Part shown: piece by piece, positions 29,368 through 42,290 of the stretch
Layout of the letters: each line of letters opens with the position of its first letter
Numbering within the stretch: the stretch's first letter is position 1
From: Tubiluchus corallicola
Taxonomy: Eukaryota; Animalia; Priapulida
Length of the DNA stretch: 64,000 nt
Assembly: GCA_030141605.1 (NCBI GenBank)
Contig: JAQGDQ010000736.1
Location: forward strand, 40,851-104,850
Direction of reading: 5' to 3'
Notes under the pieces: model-generated
Databases searched by the model: none
Told to the model about the DNA's origin: nothing
The model's input: the letters and a program-made list of their open reading frames with translations, nothing else
Translations under genes and position numbers: made by a program

Positions 29368-29730
29368 TGTGAAAGTTGTAACTGTATATTTTAGGTGCTG
29401 CCATCTATTGATTAGTTACTTTAACATTTTACTAGTTAAACTCACCCTTAGTACAATTGCTCGGTCCAGTGAATATGCAAACTCACTGGAACGGGGTATG
29501 TGAAGCCAAGTTTTTGCATAGTTCTCTACCTATATAAACTGGCTAGATTTCTCTTCTAACCACTGTCTAATTCTTCGTGATCAGTGCAGGACACTCTGGT
29601 AGTTTAGCAGTCATGTTACATATAACTATGTAGTGTAATAAAAGTGTTTCAGTTTTTGTGCAAACATGTAATATGGTGTTTAGTTGTTTTCTACAAGTGT
29701 TCAATTTCAACTTCATAACTAACTTTCACA
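29368..29730 (+). repeat. Full 3' LTR (363 bp) of the BEL element
   Basis: TGTGAAAGTT...AACTTTCACA 10-bp terminal inverted repeat; TATA-like tatataa near 29532; AATAAA 29637-29642; preceded by PPT. Confidence 0.9.
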
Positions 29731-31163
29731 GACCTGTAGTTTAAGATACGTTTCGGTTTTGCTTTAGTTTGTAAAGAAGACACCAGAATGCGATCGTTAA
29801 TACCAATCAAGGAACGGTGACTATTACTCTACGGTTTTTGACAACAGGTGATAATGAATTATGGATTTTGCCATAAATAATTGTAATGTAGAAACAGAAT
29901 TCCAAAATTTGCATATAAGTCTTATTTAATTAAAAATGCAAATTATACTATAAACTGTAAATTTTCTACTTTAATTTTCATCGTGTTGTGTAGTTTTCTT
30001 TTCCTTTGATTTGTTTAGGTTCTTGTTATTATAAAATTTATATCATTCTATTTCTCTTATTATTTCTAGCTAAATAAGATCAGTAGTACTCAGAAATGGT
30101 TTTTATGTATTTTATCTTGCATTTTACGTGAAAGATCGATTTCGCAAATGGACAAACTCAGATGTGTAACTTGGAGCCTCACTGCTAAATTGCAATATTA
30201 ACTTATATGGTATTTTAAAATTACATCAATGTAAAAATACACCTGTCTTAGTCCCATACCAACTATGAGAAAGGGCAAGGTATGATAGTGTAAGTTATCT
30301 ACTTTGAGAGCTGCAAATGGGGGAAAAGTTCTGTTCCTCTCCCGTTTCACCAAATATTTCAACTTTCAATTTTGTAAGTATTCCGTCCCGCCCTCTTCTC
30401 GCTTATAGTGAGTGGTCACGTGGGGTGCTTACAGACCGATTTTAACCAATACAAAGTCTAATCGTAAACGGGATGGTGAATATCAGGCAAATTTCTTTTG
30501 GACAGTCGAATCAGCCGTATTGCCTCGGCTATTTACCTCACTAAAAGAGGGTGTAGGTATAATAATTATATAAAAACAAACGTAACCAAGGCACCACTGC
30601 TGGTTCAGTGCTCGTCTTACAAGATGTTCCTTAACGACAATTAGTTAGGTGCCGATACCGTTAAAACTATGCACCAATGAATTGCGTCTGTCATTGAGTC
30701 GTTTGAGTGACGACACACAGCTTGCCGAGTGACGAACTGCCTAAAAAGTAATTCTGATAAGACAGGGATCTGTACATTCGACCAATAGATGTAAATGCAT
30801 CCTCCCTTGTCGAGGAAAACAGCCAAAATCAGTACGGCGAAGGAAACCGTCAAGCGCGAGAATTGAACCCGATTTTCCTGAACCGTTCATTGACCCGCCT
30901 GAGCGTATTTTAACTTTGATCGCAGAGCAGATATTTTGGACACTCGGCTATTCAAAAAAAGCGCACGCAAAAAGTAACTACTGTAGTTTTCGCGAGTTTC
31001 CTTTTTCTAATTTTGATGTCATTCAATTTTGTTTTTTTTATTTTGTTCAACATTGATTAAATTTAGCGTTGATTTTGGTATTAGGCCCATTGATGGTAAT
31101 AATTCTGTTTTCTATTTGTATGTAGTAACCATTAGCTCTCCTTCTATTTCCATCCCAACTCAT

Positions 31164-31509
31164 TGTTGTGGTTTGTTTCTCTCGGAAGACTCGTAGAGAA
31201 AACCAGAAAACACGTCCTCAAATTAAACTAGTTTATTATGCGAGAATTCTACAACACAAAAGTATGAAGGAACGCGAAATGTTTACAGTAAATGTGATAA
31301 TCTGGAAACGTGAAAGCGAGAAAGTGTATCTGAGAATACGAGGATACAAGAGAATAAACTCCAGCGGCCAGCTCCGCCTTATGTATCAGTGCAAAGGAAC
31401 AATTTAAAAATAGAAAGTTCTCGAAACTTCTACAAGGTAAGAAGATTGTTCTACTATACTATAGAACATTCTACAATATTCTATTTAATTCTAGTGAATC
31501 TCCACAACA
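31164..31509 (-). mobile_element. Solo LTR (346 bp)
   Basis: TGTTGTGG...CCACAACA termini; perfect 5-bp TSD CTCAT; orientation inferred from minus-strand AATAAA near 31233. Confidence 0.85.
31412..31431. promoter_or_regulatory. Perfect four-unit heat-shock element within the solo LTR
   Basis: aGAAa gTTCt cGAAa cTTCt matches the alternating nGAAn consensus. Confidence 0.55.
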
Positions 31510-32572
31510 CTCATCCTCAAGGTAATCTATTGCTTTCCCACTAAACAATATCACCTTTGGAATTTCCAATGACGTTATGATATTTTGCCTGTGTTTCATA
31601 CTTGTACAGGCGTTAATAATTAACAACTAATTAACGCGATTATTTTGTTTTGCTAATTACTGTTCAGCAAATTATAGCAGCTGTTGCCAGCTGTGCTGAA
31701 TTAATAACGAACAGTGAAACTGGGTCGCGATGGATAATTATTCTGGTTAATGACCAGCGCTATTTTCGTTCCAAACGCCCCGTGATTTGTGGCTTCATTA
31801 CGTGAATCTGTGGTGTTGTTATTAAAACAAATTTCTCTAATTTTATGCGCTAACCATGTAAATACACGTAAGTTAGACACGTAAATACTTACATATTTAT
31901 GTAAGTATGTAAATATGTATGTAATTGTAATGTATGCAATGTATGTATATGCAAATAAGTATGTAAATATGCGTTTTGAATAAATGATTAATCATCGTCA
32001 TAGCCTTGTAAGTAGCGCAGGGATTGGTTCAAACATTTGCATGGTAACGCAGTTTTAATTATTAGTGACAAGAATAGTGAACAAATCTCGCAAATTAAAA
32101 ATTAGGAAAAAACACAACATTACAAGCTCCTACAGTTTATCATTGGCTGAAAGAAAAAAGAAAAAAATCTTATAAATTTACTGGTAATGTTAATTTTCTG
32201 TGAGATTTCTGTATTATTAACACATGAAGATATCACACTAAAATGAATCCATGACATAGAAGCAACAGAGAAACAGATAAAATAAAAAAAGGAAAACCGC
32301 AAAAGTACAAAGTCACATGCAGGCCACAATCACAGAGTGAAACTCAACAGAAAGTTTATGTAGTATAAGTTATTTTGTGTGATTTTTTTTCCACGTGAAG
32401 ATAAACTACATAGTTCGAAGCGTCGTGTTTTTCCTAACTTTTTAATTATGTATTTTTCACTAATTATTAATTTAGAGGGTGGAAATTTTTCATCATCTTT
32501 GCTTCTTCCCTTAATAAGGTGCAATCCCCTTAAATTTCATCACAGCGCGTTACGCATACTACAGTGTGGCAC

Positions 32573-32700
32573 ATTACGTTACGTTTTCTTACTCTGCGTC
32601 ACAGATTACAATTACAATTTCAACGTAGCATTACATTACGTTACATTACACCAAATTACATTACGTTACGTTACGTTACGTAAATTACATTGCACATTTC
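32573..32700. repeat. Degenerate (TTACG/TTACA)n pentamer tract
   Basis: Direct reading. Confidence 0.7.
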
Positions 32701-33759
32701 ACTCTTCATCACACTTCGTCACATGACATTTCATCACGCGCTTCTACATTCCCACAATGCAAAGCCAGCGGCAGGCTCAATACCACAGCGTCATACCGTG
32801 CACTGGCCCAACTCGTGAGATTCCATTACATTACGCTGTATTATATTACGTTACAATACGTTATATTGCACCATATCATGTTTACAACACGCCATATCGC
32901 TCTCCATCACATTACGTCACATCTAGGTCACATGATTTGCAATCACAGCAATTACCAGACAAATGGTGAAATACACCACTTTAGCGTCCTAGATTGACTT
33001 TCTCTCCTTCCTCCTAACGTCTCCTCATCTTTCTTCCTCGCCTTCCCTATCCCGTAGAGATATATCGACTTAAGATGTCGACCTAAGAAATCGCATAAGA
33101 CGCCCGAAATTGCATAATAAAATTACAATTACATGAGACGTTGTGTATGCTTCTGTAACGAAATTTACTTGGAGAGTCACTTGACAATGTCGTGATCAGT
33201 TAGACACTTCTAAATTTGATCTGTGGAAATGACGAAACTAGTTATCAGTGGGAGCATGACACGTCAATTCAGTGTGACTGGATTTATGGAGCAATAGCGA
33301 GTCGGCACGTGTTGTAGCTCATTTCACAAGTTCACGTTGCTCGTTCAAATTCAACTTACTCATGTTCGAGTTACATAAACGAGTGTACAGATGAAAATTG
33401 ACCTGCACTAACTCATCTTGGTCAAGTTACTCAGAGTTATCGAACAGAAACGCAGAATGAAAAGTGAAAAGGTTTTAAATGAACTTCACAGGCAAAGATT
33501 AAAGGAAAACAGGACGATTTTTCATATCCTACCTCAATTTGAAATACCCATAAAAATCATACAATTTAAAACACTTATAATCATGCCATAGTGCTTCTGA
33601 TAATTAAATAATAAATTAAAAACATAATTAGGCCGAAGTCCTAATTACTACATCGTCCATTAGGCCCAGACAATTTATCAATTTACTAAAAGCAAAACAT
33701 CAAACTAATTATGCAAATTGTTTAAAGGAAAATGTCACCAAAGAAACAGATAAAAACAT

Positions 33760-33927
33760 TAACAAAAAAACAAGTTACTAAACTTTCCAAATTTGAAAAC
33801 GAATTCGCAAAAGAAAGATACTTGATGCTAATAAAAAATTTCGTTAAAAGACCAAACTCTACGAAACTGCGTATCAACTCACACAACTTCCTTATTGAGA
33901 AAGATCGACACATCAAACTTAAGACCA
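33760..33927 (+). mobile_element. LINE ORF2 C-terminal relic
   Basis: TKLRINSHNFLIEKDRH resembles the LRISAH.L.IE.GR motif of non-LTR ORF2 tails. Confidence 0.55.
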
Positions 33928-33931
33928 TTAA

Positions 33932-34481
33932 TGTAAAACCAGAAACAATCTTAAACTGCAGGTCAAAACAATCTACTCTTTAAAAAAACATACTATTTTT
34001 TTCAAAAATGACTTACGTGAAAGAATTATTACCACGCAAACGCAATTTCGCGTTCGCGTCACTAGTTCTTCGCTGTTACATGCATTTCACAGGTGCTGTA
34101 CCTCTCAGTTCAGATGTGTTAGTTAGTGACGAACTACACACGTTCGACAGCTCATGAGTAAGCACAGCAGAAATTTGAAATATGAATTTTTATCTTGAAA
34201 CTTGCCTAATTTTATTACAATATACTGAATATCTTACAGTGGCACTGTACTTCAATTTTCGCTTTCGCAAACACGTGCAACACGCTCGCGAAACATTTTT
34301 GCTGTTGAAAAATGTGTTTGTTTGTGATGTTATTAATGTTTATGCTCGCCCGCCGTAAATTAAGTTTTTAATCTATTATTTAATTATTAGAAACATGTTT
34401 GCAGCATTAATTATTTCAAGATGTATAGTTTTTAACGGAGTTGAAAATGTAGTAGTATATGAAAAATCATTCTGACTTTCT
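33932..34481 (-). mobile_element. Kolobok-like MITE copy B (internal deletion), nested in copy C
   Basis: Collinear with 60930-61547 but lacking about 60 bp near 34090; TTAA at 33928-33931. Confidence 0.75.
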
Positions 34482-35171
34482 TTGAACAGTTACCTCCTGT
34501 TAACGGATAACATAATTTATAAGTCAGTTACATCACTTAAAAACACAACAGAATTGAATATATTTTTCAACAGCACAAACATTCCATGGGCTGCACGGAA
34601 CAAAATTGAAATACAGTACTGTTGTACAACATTCGGTTTGATACTCAAAATTCGACAAAAAAAAAGCTTAAAAATTTAGAATTTCGAGTTTACCACTGTT
34701 TTCACGAATGAGCTCTCAATGCGTGCACCACGTCAGAAGTGAACCATGTCTGAACTAAGAGGCACAGCGCATGCTTTTTGTGCAACGCGTTTCCAAGATC
34801 CAGGCAGTAGTACCCGTCTAACTAGCAAATGGCGAAGCGCATGTAATAGCGAACTAACCTCGCGAACGTGCAATAGGTTTCTGCAGTAATAATTCGTTCA
34901 CGCGAGTTATTATTAAAAAAACGGTGTGTTTCCGTTCAACATTTCAAACATTAGATTGGTATGAGCTATAGTAACAGCCTTGGTCCGGTTTTCTTTAAAA
35001 AAAGGAGGAAATTTCGTCCACATTCTCTACAGAGCGAGATTTATTTGGGGAAAAAATCCGTCAGCATACTCAACTCAGAAAAGGGCCATAAATCGTATGC
35101 CAAAGTTTTTTTAAGTCAGGTTTAATCTATTCATTTAAATTAAACAACGACATAAATGTATAGTAACCAGA

Positions 35172-35455
35172 TTCTGTCCTGTCCTGTCCTGTCCTGTCTT
35201 GATCTGTCCTGTCCTGACTTGACCTGCCCTGTCTTGCCTTGCCTTCCTCTGTTCTGTTCTGTTCTGTCCAGTCCTGTCTTAATCTGTCCTGTCCAGACTT
35301 GACCTGCTCCGTCCTGCCTTGCCTTACTCTGTCCTGTCCTGTCCTGTCCTGTCTTGACCTGTCCTGTCCTGACTTGATCTGCCCTGTCTTGCCTTGCCTT
35401 ACTCTGTCCTGTTCTGTTATGTCCTGTCTTGATCTGTCCTGTCCTGCCCTGTCCT
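35172..35455. repeat. (GTCCT)n pentamer tract with a 70-bp higher-order period
   Basis: gccttactctgtcctg recurs at 35321 and about 35396; pentamer variants repeat in order. Confidence 0.85.
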
Positions 35456-38400
35456 CCTTTACCTCGTTGTCTCGTTGTACCCTGAGCTAGATCCACTTTT
35501 TCTCCGACCGCTCTATCTCTGTTTTGTTTTATTCCATTGTACAATTTACAACTAGCTAACCCTATTTCTTAAGTCAACTGAGATATTTAATGACTAAAGC
35601 TTACCTGCACAAGATGCGCTTCGCCACTAGATAATGCCTTTTGCCGTCCAAGCAATATAGTCTGTAAACTGGTTTGCTCAAGTTTTCATGGCCGCCACTG
35701 CTTTCCCGTTTATTTTTTCAAAATACATCTTACATACGTGCGCAAAGATAAACAAAAAACATCCGATGAGAAACTTGAAACAGTGAAACAATAAGAAGCC
35801 CAACTGTCCATTACTGACGGCGAAACAGCACAGCAGCTGCTCAGACTCCTCAAGTGAATACTAAGTGGTAGCGCTCATCAAGTGTGATAGCAGCTATCCA
35901 TGCGCAAACGATGTCTCCATCCAGCAGTCTTATAATATTGAATAATTTTAATGAGAATAGAACATTAAGATGAAACAGATAGCGCAAAAATACAATTTCA
36001 GCCAAAGTCAAAACAAGAAGAGAGGGCGGGGTGGAGAAGCAAGAGCAAGTTCTGTGCATCTGCTGGTTTCCCTCCTACAAAAAAATAAAGCGTGTCAAGT
36101 ATGAATTGAGCAGAATAAAAAAATCTGGGTGATTAAATGAAGAAATCATCAGCACCCACTTGAGCAGGACCAAGTAATTCGTACCGTTAACACTAGGACA
36201 CATGACAGGCCTACATTAATGCCAAATTGATAGAAAATCGCTAGAAGACATGTCTACGATACCTGAGATAAAGACGGGCCATGGAATTAAAACTGCTGAT
36301 AACTTTAGATAGGTTTTTTTGGTATCTGCACTATTGGTGGAACATTTTACTGGATCTAACTCACAAAATCCATAGGAGAAACCATATGGGATGGGACGTA
36401 CACATTAATACTAAATAGTGTGTGAGGAGGAGGCATAGCGTTGTGAGCCCATTTCTGTAAGGGATGCTAGATTGTAAATCTCGCTTTTTAAGATCTCTCT
36501 AAAGCTTGCTAATATGCCAAAAATTACTTAATAATCCGTTTTTCAAGTAGTGAAGTACTTAGAATTATAATAACAAGCTTATTTCATTTTTAAGTAGCGA
36601 AGTTTTTTAAACAGAAATCCCTAGCTATAGTGGATTTAAAGCACAAGAAAACCCTCCTTAAATATAAAGCTTAAAAATTCGTCTCGAAATTTTATACCAC
36701 TTACATACTACCTTTTTGCATACAGGACTTCAATCGGCAGTCACGCTGTATAAAACATGTAAACAGGATGGATTAAGTTTGGTCACGAAACACACGCGAT
36801 GACCACTCAGCTATTCAACCCGCCTCTGAAATTATCAAGTGATTGAACAAGGAACACCAAGAGAGTCAATCAATACACCAGTTCTAAGGTACTTACATCT
36901 AACTCATTTTGTCTAGCTTAACTTTCAATATGACTGCATTGGAACGAGTGCTGACACTACAGGCAATGATGGCTAATGCTTCTAACATTGTAGTTAATTC
37001 ACTGTGTGGTTTGCCGAGTCCATCACTGAGAATAAAGATAATAAACTTGAAAAGCTTTTACCGGAAACTAACAAGTCCAGCTTTGAATTTACCAAGCCTG
37101 TACACATATTTACTCTTGTAACTTTTTATTTTATTGTATTTATTTCATTTTAGAGGTGTATTTGTGTTTTAATGGTCTTAGGTGGCGAAATAAAAATTTG
37201 AATTTTATTTTATTTTAATTCCCGCAATGCTGCAAACAACCAGACTGCAAACCAAATGTCACTTACAACTTTAAAGGAAGGAAGAGCGGTCTTTAGACAA
37301 TTCCTTGCTTTGATATAGGATAAACATAAACTTTATTACTCATATGTAATTTCTAAAATGTTTTTGATAATTAAAATGGCATGTAGCCTAATGAACTCAA
37401 AGCAAAGGTGAAGCGAGGCTTTGCCAATTTGTTTAAGAGCTTGAAAAGTAAAGAAGATAAAAATGATAATATTTGAAATGTTACATAAGAGATGAAAAAG
37501 AAGTGATCTTGCCAAGCATTAAATAATACCATTAATGATATCAAACACTGAACTAACTTATAATTGAAGAAAGGACAGAGGTCACCAAATAAGTAAGAGT
37601 GTTTAAAGAGGAAGAAGATGTATTTTAAAGTACGTGTGAAAAACTTTACATGTAAAGTCATATTACTTAGCATTACGCTTAGCTGTTTGAAAAACTTTAC
37701 TGCTAACACAAGCTCTGTATGCAATAAGACATCATGTAAGTGATATGAAATTTCAAGACGAATTTTTTAAGTTTTATTTATGAAGTCAGTTTTCTTGACC
37801 TTCAAGTAAGACAACCATCATGTTTAATTCCTCATTTTACTGAACTGCACGTACAAAAATCAAAATATCTAAATAAATTTTAACATGTACATTTAAGACT
37901 TTTATTATGTCTGAAAGCAGTCTTTCTTCAACTAACCCCAAGCTGATGAATATATTTCAATTCAACTTTGTTTAAGTCATAGTGTTATTACAATAGAAAA
38001 ATAGCTATACATGTACAGTGAATCCAAAAATATTGTAATAATAAGGCTTTAATATGGACTAACACAACTAAGATGCAATACTACTGCTATAAAAATATGC
38101 CTATACTTGTTAGCTCAATAATCATTGCACTGTCACCTTTGGAAGTTACTGAAGCCAGTTAAATGTTAATAACGATGGTAATTGCTGAATACTTTTACTT
38201 CAGTAACCGATTATTCATCTAATACTAATTAGTTAAACAACCCGAGTTTTGTCGTATGGCATGATCACTATGTTAAGTCACTTTCAAATCTCAAAATTCA
38301 CAGGAACTATAATTTTCAATCTTCATTGTACATTATCAAGCATTACATTTCAAAAAGTTTTTGCTTTTCATCAACAATAAATTTAAATTTTTGTATAAAC

Positions 38401-39202
38401 AAAGTAATCAATTAATAATCCATTTCTGAGCAGACTAATTGCTACCTGGAATTTTTTAACCAGTATGCGAAGTAATCACCAATCAGTAACGGTTAATCCT
38501 GTTGTGAATGAAATATACAAATTGTAGTGATGTTTGCTAAACAGGGTTATGAGAGCAACATATTTTACTTGATTCTGCATTGTGAAAAATTCACACAGCT
38601 TAACGTAACATAAGTGACGCAACAAAAGTTATTCCATAACACGGGATGATGCAAAATCTGTCAGCAACAAGTTGCCTAACATTTTTGCTCATCTGCAAAC
38701 TCGATAAACATTGTTTTGCCAATTTTGTTGCACAGAGATTTTTGCTAAATGTGCTTAATTATCTCTCTCAGAAAAAATCATCCTGCTTTCAACAAATGCG
38801 AGGTCAAGTACAAAAATTTGCATCAGATCAAACCAGATCGGACCAATAAAAAGCAATCATTTAGTCACGTGTCATCTAACAATTGTTTTTGAGGTTACCA
38901 AAGACACAATTCGCTTCATACAAACATAGCTGGATGAGAGTAAATTGTGTCTGACATAGTTTGTGTCAGACAGTACGTTAAAGACAGATTTTTTATAGTG
39001 TGTGACTAGACTATATACCGCACCAAAATGATATTATGCAGTAAGCCTCACAAACATTTCATTTATAAATTTACTGTGAACGGAAAGCTATAATGGCCAA
39101 TACAGCATACAAGCATTTATTAAAGCTCTTAGCACAAAAAAGTAAAGCTAAATATTTTGCAATGTCGAAATTTTATATATAACTTCGCTAGCAGACTTCA
39201 AT

Positions 39203-39435
39203 TTACGGTTTTGGGTCAGCAGAATCCATTTCACGCTTTAGTTTAGCTAGAGCAGATAATCTCCTGTCTCTCCAAGTTCTTGCATCATGCAGCTTTGATA
39301 AAGGAATTAGTTCACACAGTTGCCTGTCGACCTCCTCGTGGCCGGGCGAAGGATTCGAATAATTAGGAACTGGCCCGAATGCTCCCGTGACTCTTTCTAT
39401 TCCTTGACCAAAGTGCTTCATGTAAGCTTTGATAC
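39203..39435 (-). CDS. CRYL1: CRYL1 terminal coding exon 7 (G-IKAYMKHFGQG...WRDRRLSALAKLKREMDSADPKP*)
   Basis: tttag acceptor, phase 1; WRD..L..LAKLK motif; TAA stop; minus-strand AATAAA at 39116-39121. The seven exons sum to 993 nt = 330 aa plus stop. Confidence 0.93.
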
Positions 39436-39479
39436 CTAAACAAAGCAAAACCAACATTAGAATAACTGGAGAATTGTTA

Positions 39480-40050
39480 GAACTTAGATAAATAGGCTTC
39501 ATTTTATTTTCATTTTAAACATAATTTTATTAAGCGGCTCGCATCAAGAAGTTTTAACAAATTAAGTGAGGGCCACGTCCTGCTTAGTAAATTTAACAAC
39601 TGTTAGTAGTAGCAGTTCTTAAATAAAAAACAATTTTTACAAAGTTATTATAGTTACTTGGTGTGAACAGGTACAAAAAACAAATGATGAATATTTAAAT
39701 ATTTAGCCTGTGCATTAAATTGGTTAATCACTAAACAAACATTTTCATTATACATATATAAATTAATGTCTAGTTGTCAGTATTTTAAATGTCTCGATTC
39801 AGTTACAAACATCTGAACACAATCAAATATTTTACAATTATCTATAACTCTTAAATTTTCACCTCCAGGAAGTAACAAATTTATAATATTTCTCACTGGT
39901 AAATTTCTAATCTCATTGCTACCATATAAGATATTAAGTTTGTTAAACATATTATTTCTCGGTATGATTATAGTTTAGACAATTCAGAAGATATTCATAT
40001 GTTTCAAGAGAGGCACTGTAGAAACAAGAAGGTGATACTAAAGAACCATG
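39480..40050 (-). mobile_element. CR1-like LINE 3' end in CRYL1 intron 6
   Basis: LLLPGGENL...NCKIFDCVQMFV tail peptide; homologous in inverted orientation to 52011-52860. Confidence 0.65.
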
Positions 40051-40677
40051 ATTATGAATAGACTTAATAGTAGTTATAATAACTTTCAAATATATGAAAT
40101 TTGCTCCGTCATCATCCTCATTCATATAAGCAAAATTCTGTTACAGAGACTTACAGGCACAAAACATACAAAACTGAACTAAAGAATGTCTCACATTCCA
40201 TTCACTTTCAGACTGTAAAAAAGGGCTTCAATAAGAAACAATGATACTACTGGGTAGCATGCAGTGTGCTGACATCTATAATAACATTTGTGAATGTTAC
40301 TATATTTTACTAAGAATGCAAGTGGAGCACCAGAACAACCAGGATGGAAATAAAACATCATTTTTCACTCACCTCTAATAAAGCTCATCAAATAGTAAGC
40401 AAAATGTACGTGAAATGGAAATATTAAATATTTTCTTGTAGCTTGAAACGAAACTAGGACACTTCCTAACAGATTAGGATGTTTCATTTCATCTTCTTTT
40501 CTACAAACTCTATCTTTCTACACTTCCACCATCATTCTACTGCAGCCTCTCTTAACAGCCAGTGGGCGTATTAGTGGCAATTTGTACAAAAAATAATAGC
40601 TTTATCATGCAGTAACTCTCCTATGTGACACTGAGTCTATGTTGCTAAGCAACGCAATACATTTAGTTAAGAAGTAC

Positions 40678-40783
40678 CTTCTGCATTCAAATGCGCAACT
40701 TCTAGCGGTCCGATAAATGCATACCGTGGTCCCATACCAGCTGACATTACTAAGTCAATATCTTCAACGGAAACAACTCCAGA
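40678..40783 (-). CDS. CRYL1: CRYL1 coding exon 6 ([36 protein letters not shown])
   Basis: 106 nt, AG/GT bounded, phase 0-1; [13 protein letters not shown] motif; absent from the ORF track. Confidence 0.95.
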
Positions 40784-41669
40784 CTATGAACAAAAAATCA
40801 CTGTTATTGAAAGATTACTACTAATTAACATTTGTGTTATGTTAGCTCTTATTAGTTAACAATGAAATCACCCTACTTACATAGCCACCAAAGAGTAGCG
40901 CTATGCTATGCTAAAGCATCTTAAAATTCATTCAGTTTTATATTACTCTGCAAGTGACAGTGGAAAAAATTATATTTTTACGCTGCGAAAAAGTTGAAAA
41001 TAAAGCTATATTAGCTAGCCATTTAGCATTCTCTTACTAATGGGTAAGGCAATAGAAAAAAATCCTTGGTATTACAAATAGTTTGTGTCATTGGACAAAA
41101 GCACTCCAGTACATTAGCACTCGACTAACCCAGATGCCTGTGCAGTTCATTAGCCAGAAAATATTCATTATTAAGTATTATAATGTACAATTTTATTTAT
41201 GACCAACGATATAATTTGTATTTTATTTATCAGTACAAGAACTTAGCTTTTCAAATTTAAAATTTTTCGAAGAAGATTTCATAGCTTATGCACGTAAAAC
41301 TAGGTTATACAAATGATACCACTCGAAGTGAGTATCGAACTCAGGCAGCCACGCATTAGTGACGAGAAGTCATTCGCATGAAAGTAGATGTACCCGCCCT
41401 CTGTCATGAACCTCGCCACAGACAGAAAAAGAAAATTAACCTGCTCAGAAGGTTCTGATTTCATCATCACAATACAATTTAAAGAAGTAATAAGTGTAAT
41501 ATTGTAAACAGCTACCTTTTTAGCCACTTACGTAATTAAAAACTGAATTTATAATTTTAATTTTACTATAAATATAAGCAAACAACATCTTTGATTGAAC
41601 ACATAAGTACTGATTTTTGTTTAAATACATGATTATTAACTAATATAATCTAAAATAGTAAAGCAATAC

Positions 41670-41864
41670 CTCAACCAGTCTCCAAGCTTCGTTGATAATG
41701 GCATACTGAATCCTATTCAGACAAAAACCATCAATTTCTTTATTTAACACGACGGGAACTTGTTCTACGTTTTTCATGAGCTGTTTTGTCCGCATCACAA
41801 TGTCCTTCTCCGTCCACGGTGTCGGTACCAGTTCTACTAAAGGTACAAAATACGGAGGATTCAC
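41670..41864 (-). CDS. CRYL1: CRYL1 coding exon 5 ([14 protein letters not shown]...[24 protein letters not shown])
   Basis: 195 nt, AG/GT bounded; VNPPY.PLVELVP and GF.LNR.QYA motifs. Confidence 0.95.
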
Positions 41865-42290
41865 CTATGGACGAAAATCACCATAGTGAATGATCGGAGC
41901 ATCAAGCAATGGCATAATAACACGACAAACGTTTTTATGTAAAAATAATTTTCAGAATATTTAGTAGAGGAGCAGTCTTGATGTTCCATGACAATCTCCG
42001 AAGAATGAAGATTTGAAAGCTGTTTTAGATTGCCGGAGGGGCACTGAAAAAAGTTAGCTTATGAGCTACACTCTTCAAAATAGCAATTTTGTAGGGGGTC
42101 AATGGGGTCAATAGGAGCCAAATGTAAAAAAATGTATGAATCTTAACAAAATGCATATCAAATTACTCGTCTTGTCACACTGAATAAAAAATATATAGTT
42201 TGACGTATGTCCAACCTTTCGTTAGGTCGCTATGACGGCAAATTTGATAAGGTCAATGCACTTTCGGTCAAAGGTCAAACTCGTACATAC

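Larger units (their letters stand above)
27476..29730 (+). mobile_element. Internally deleted BEL/Pao LTR retrotransposon
   Basis: RT C-terminus/RNase H motifs (KVLGLSW, FDPLG, LHIFCDSS, TLPRLEL, QNPADLPTRG) and integrase tail/DUF5641-like (INRRPL, PLTPGHF, W.RW..EYL, WPLGRI, LYPLE); stop at 27818 and frameshifts; PPT aaggtgggagga 29356-29367. Confidence 0.93.
26900..29763 (+). mobile_element. Kolobok-like non-autonomous element, copy A (hosts the BEL insertion)
   Basis: TTAA|AGGAAAGC...GGTTTTGCT|TTAG; 26900-27475 plus 29731-29763 align with the intact copy at 60930-61547. Confidence 0.8.
26655..29855 (+). mobile_element. PIF/Harbinger transposase N-terminal relic split by the Kolobok-like element (26655-26899 and 29764-29855)
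   Basis: KRHIWTR...YNTLLQEL..ED...FL, then after the insertion CKEDTRMRSLIPIKER-TITLRFLTTGD, matching the Harbinger K.DT.MR.AI...ERL..TLRFLATG motif; frameshifted. Confidence 0.75.
33503..34994 (+). mobile_element. Older, diverged Kolobok-like copy C interrupted by a LINE tail and by copy B
   Basis: TTAA|AGGAAAACAGG at 33503 matches the left end of copy A; 34560-34994 matches the right part and ends GGTTTTCT|TTAA. Confidence 0.65.

Noticed and set aside
35140-35544. GQDRT-repeat ORF
   Set aside because: Pentamer microsatellite translation
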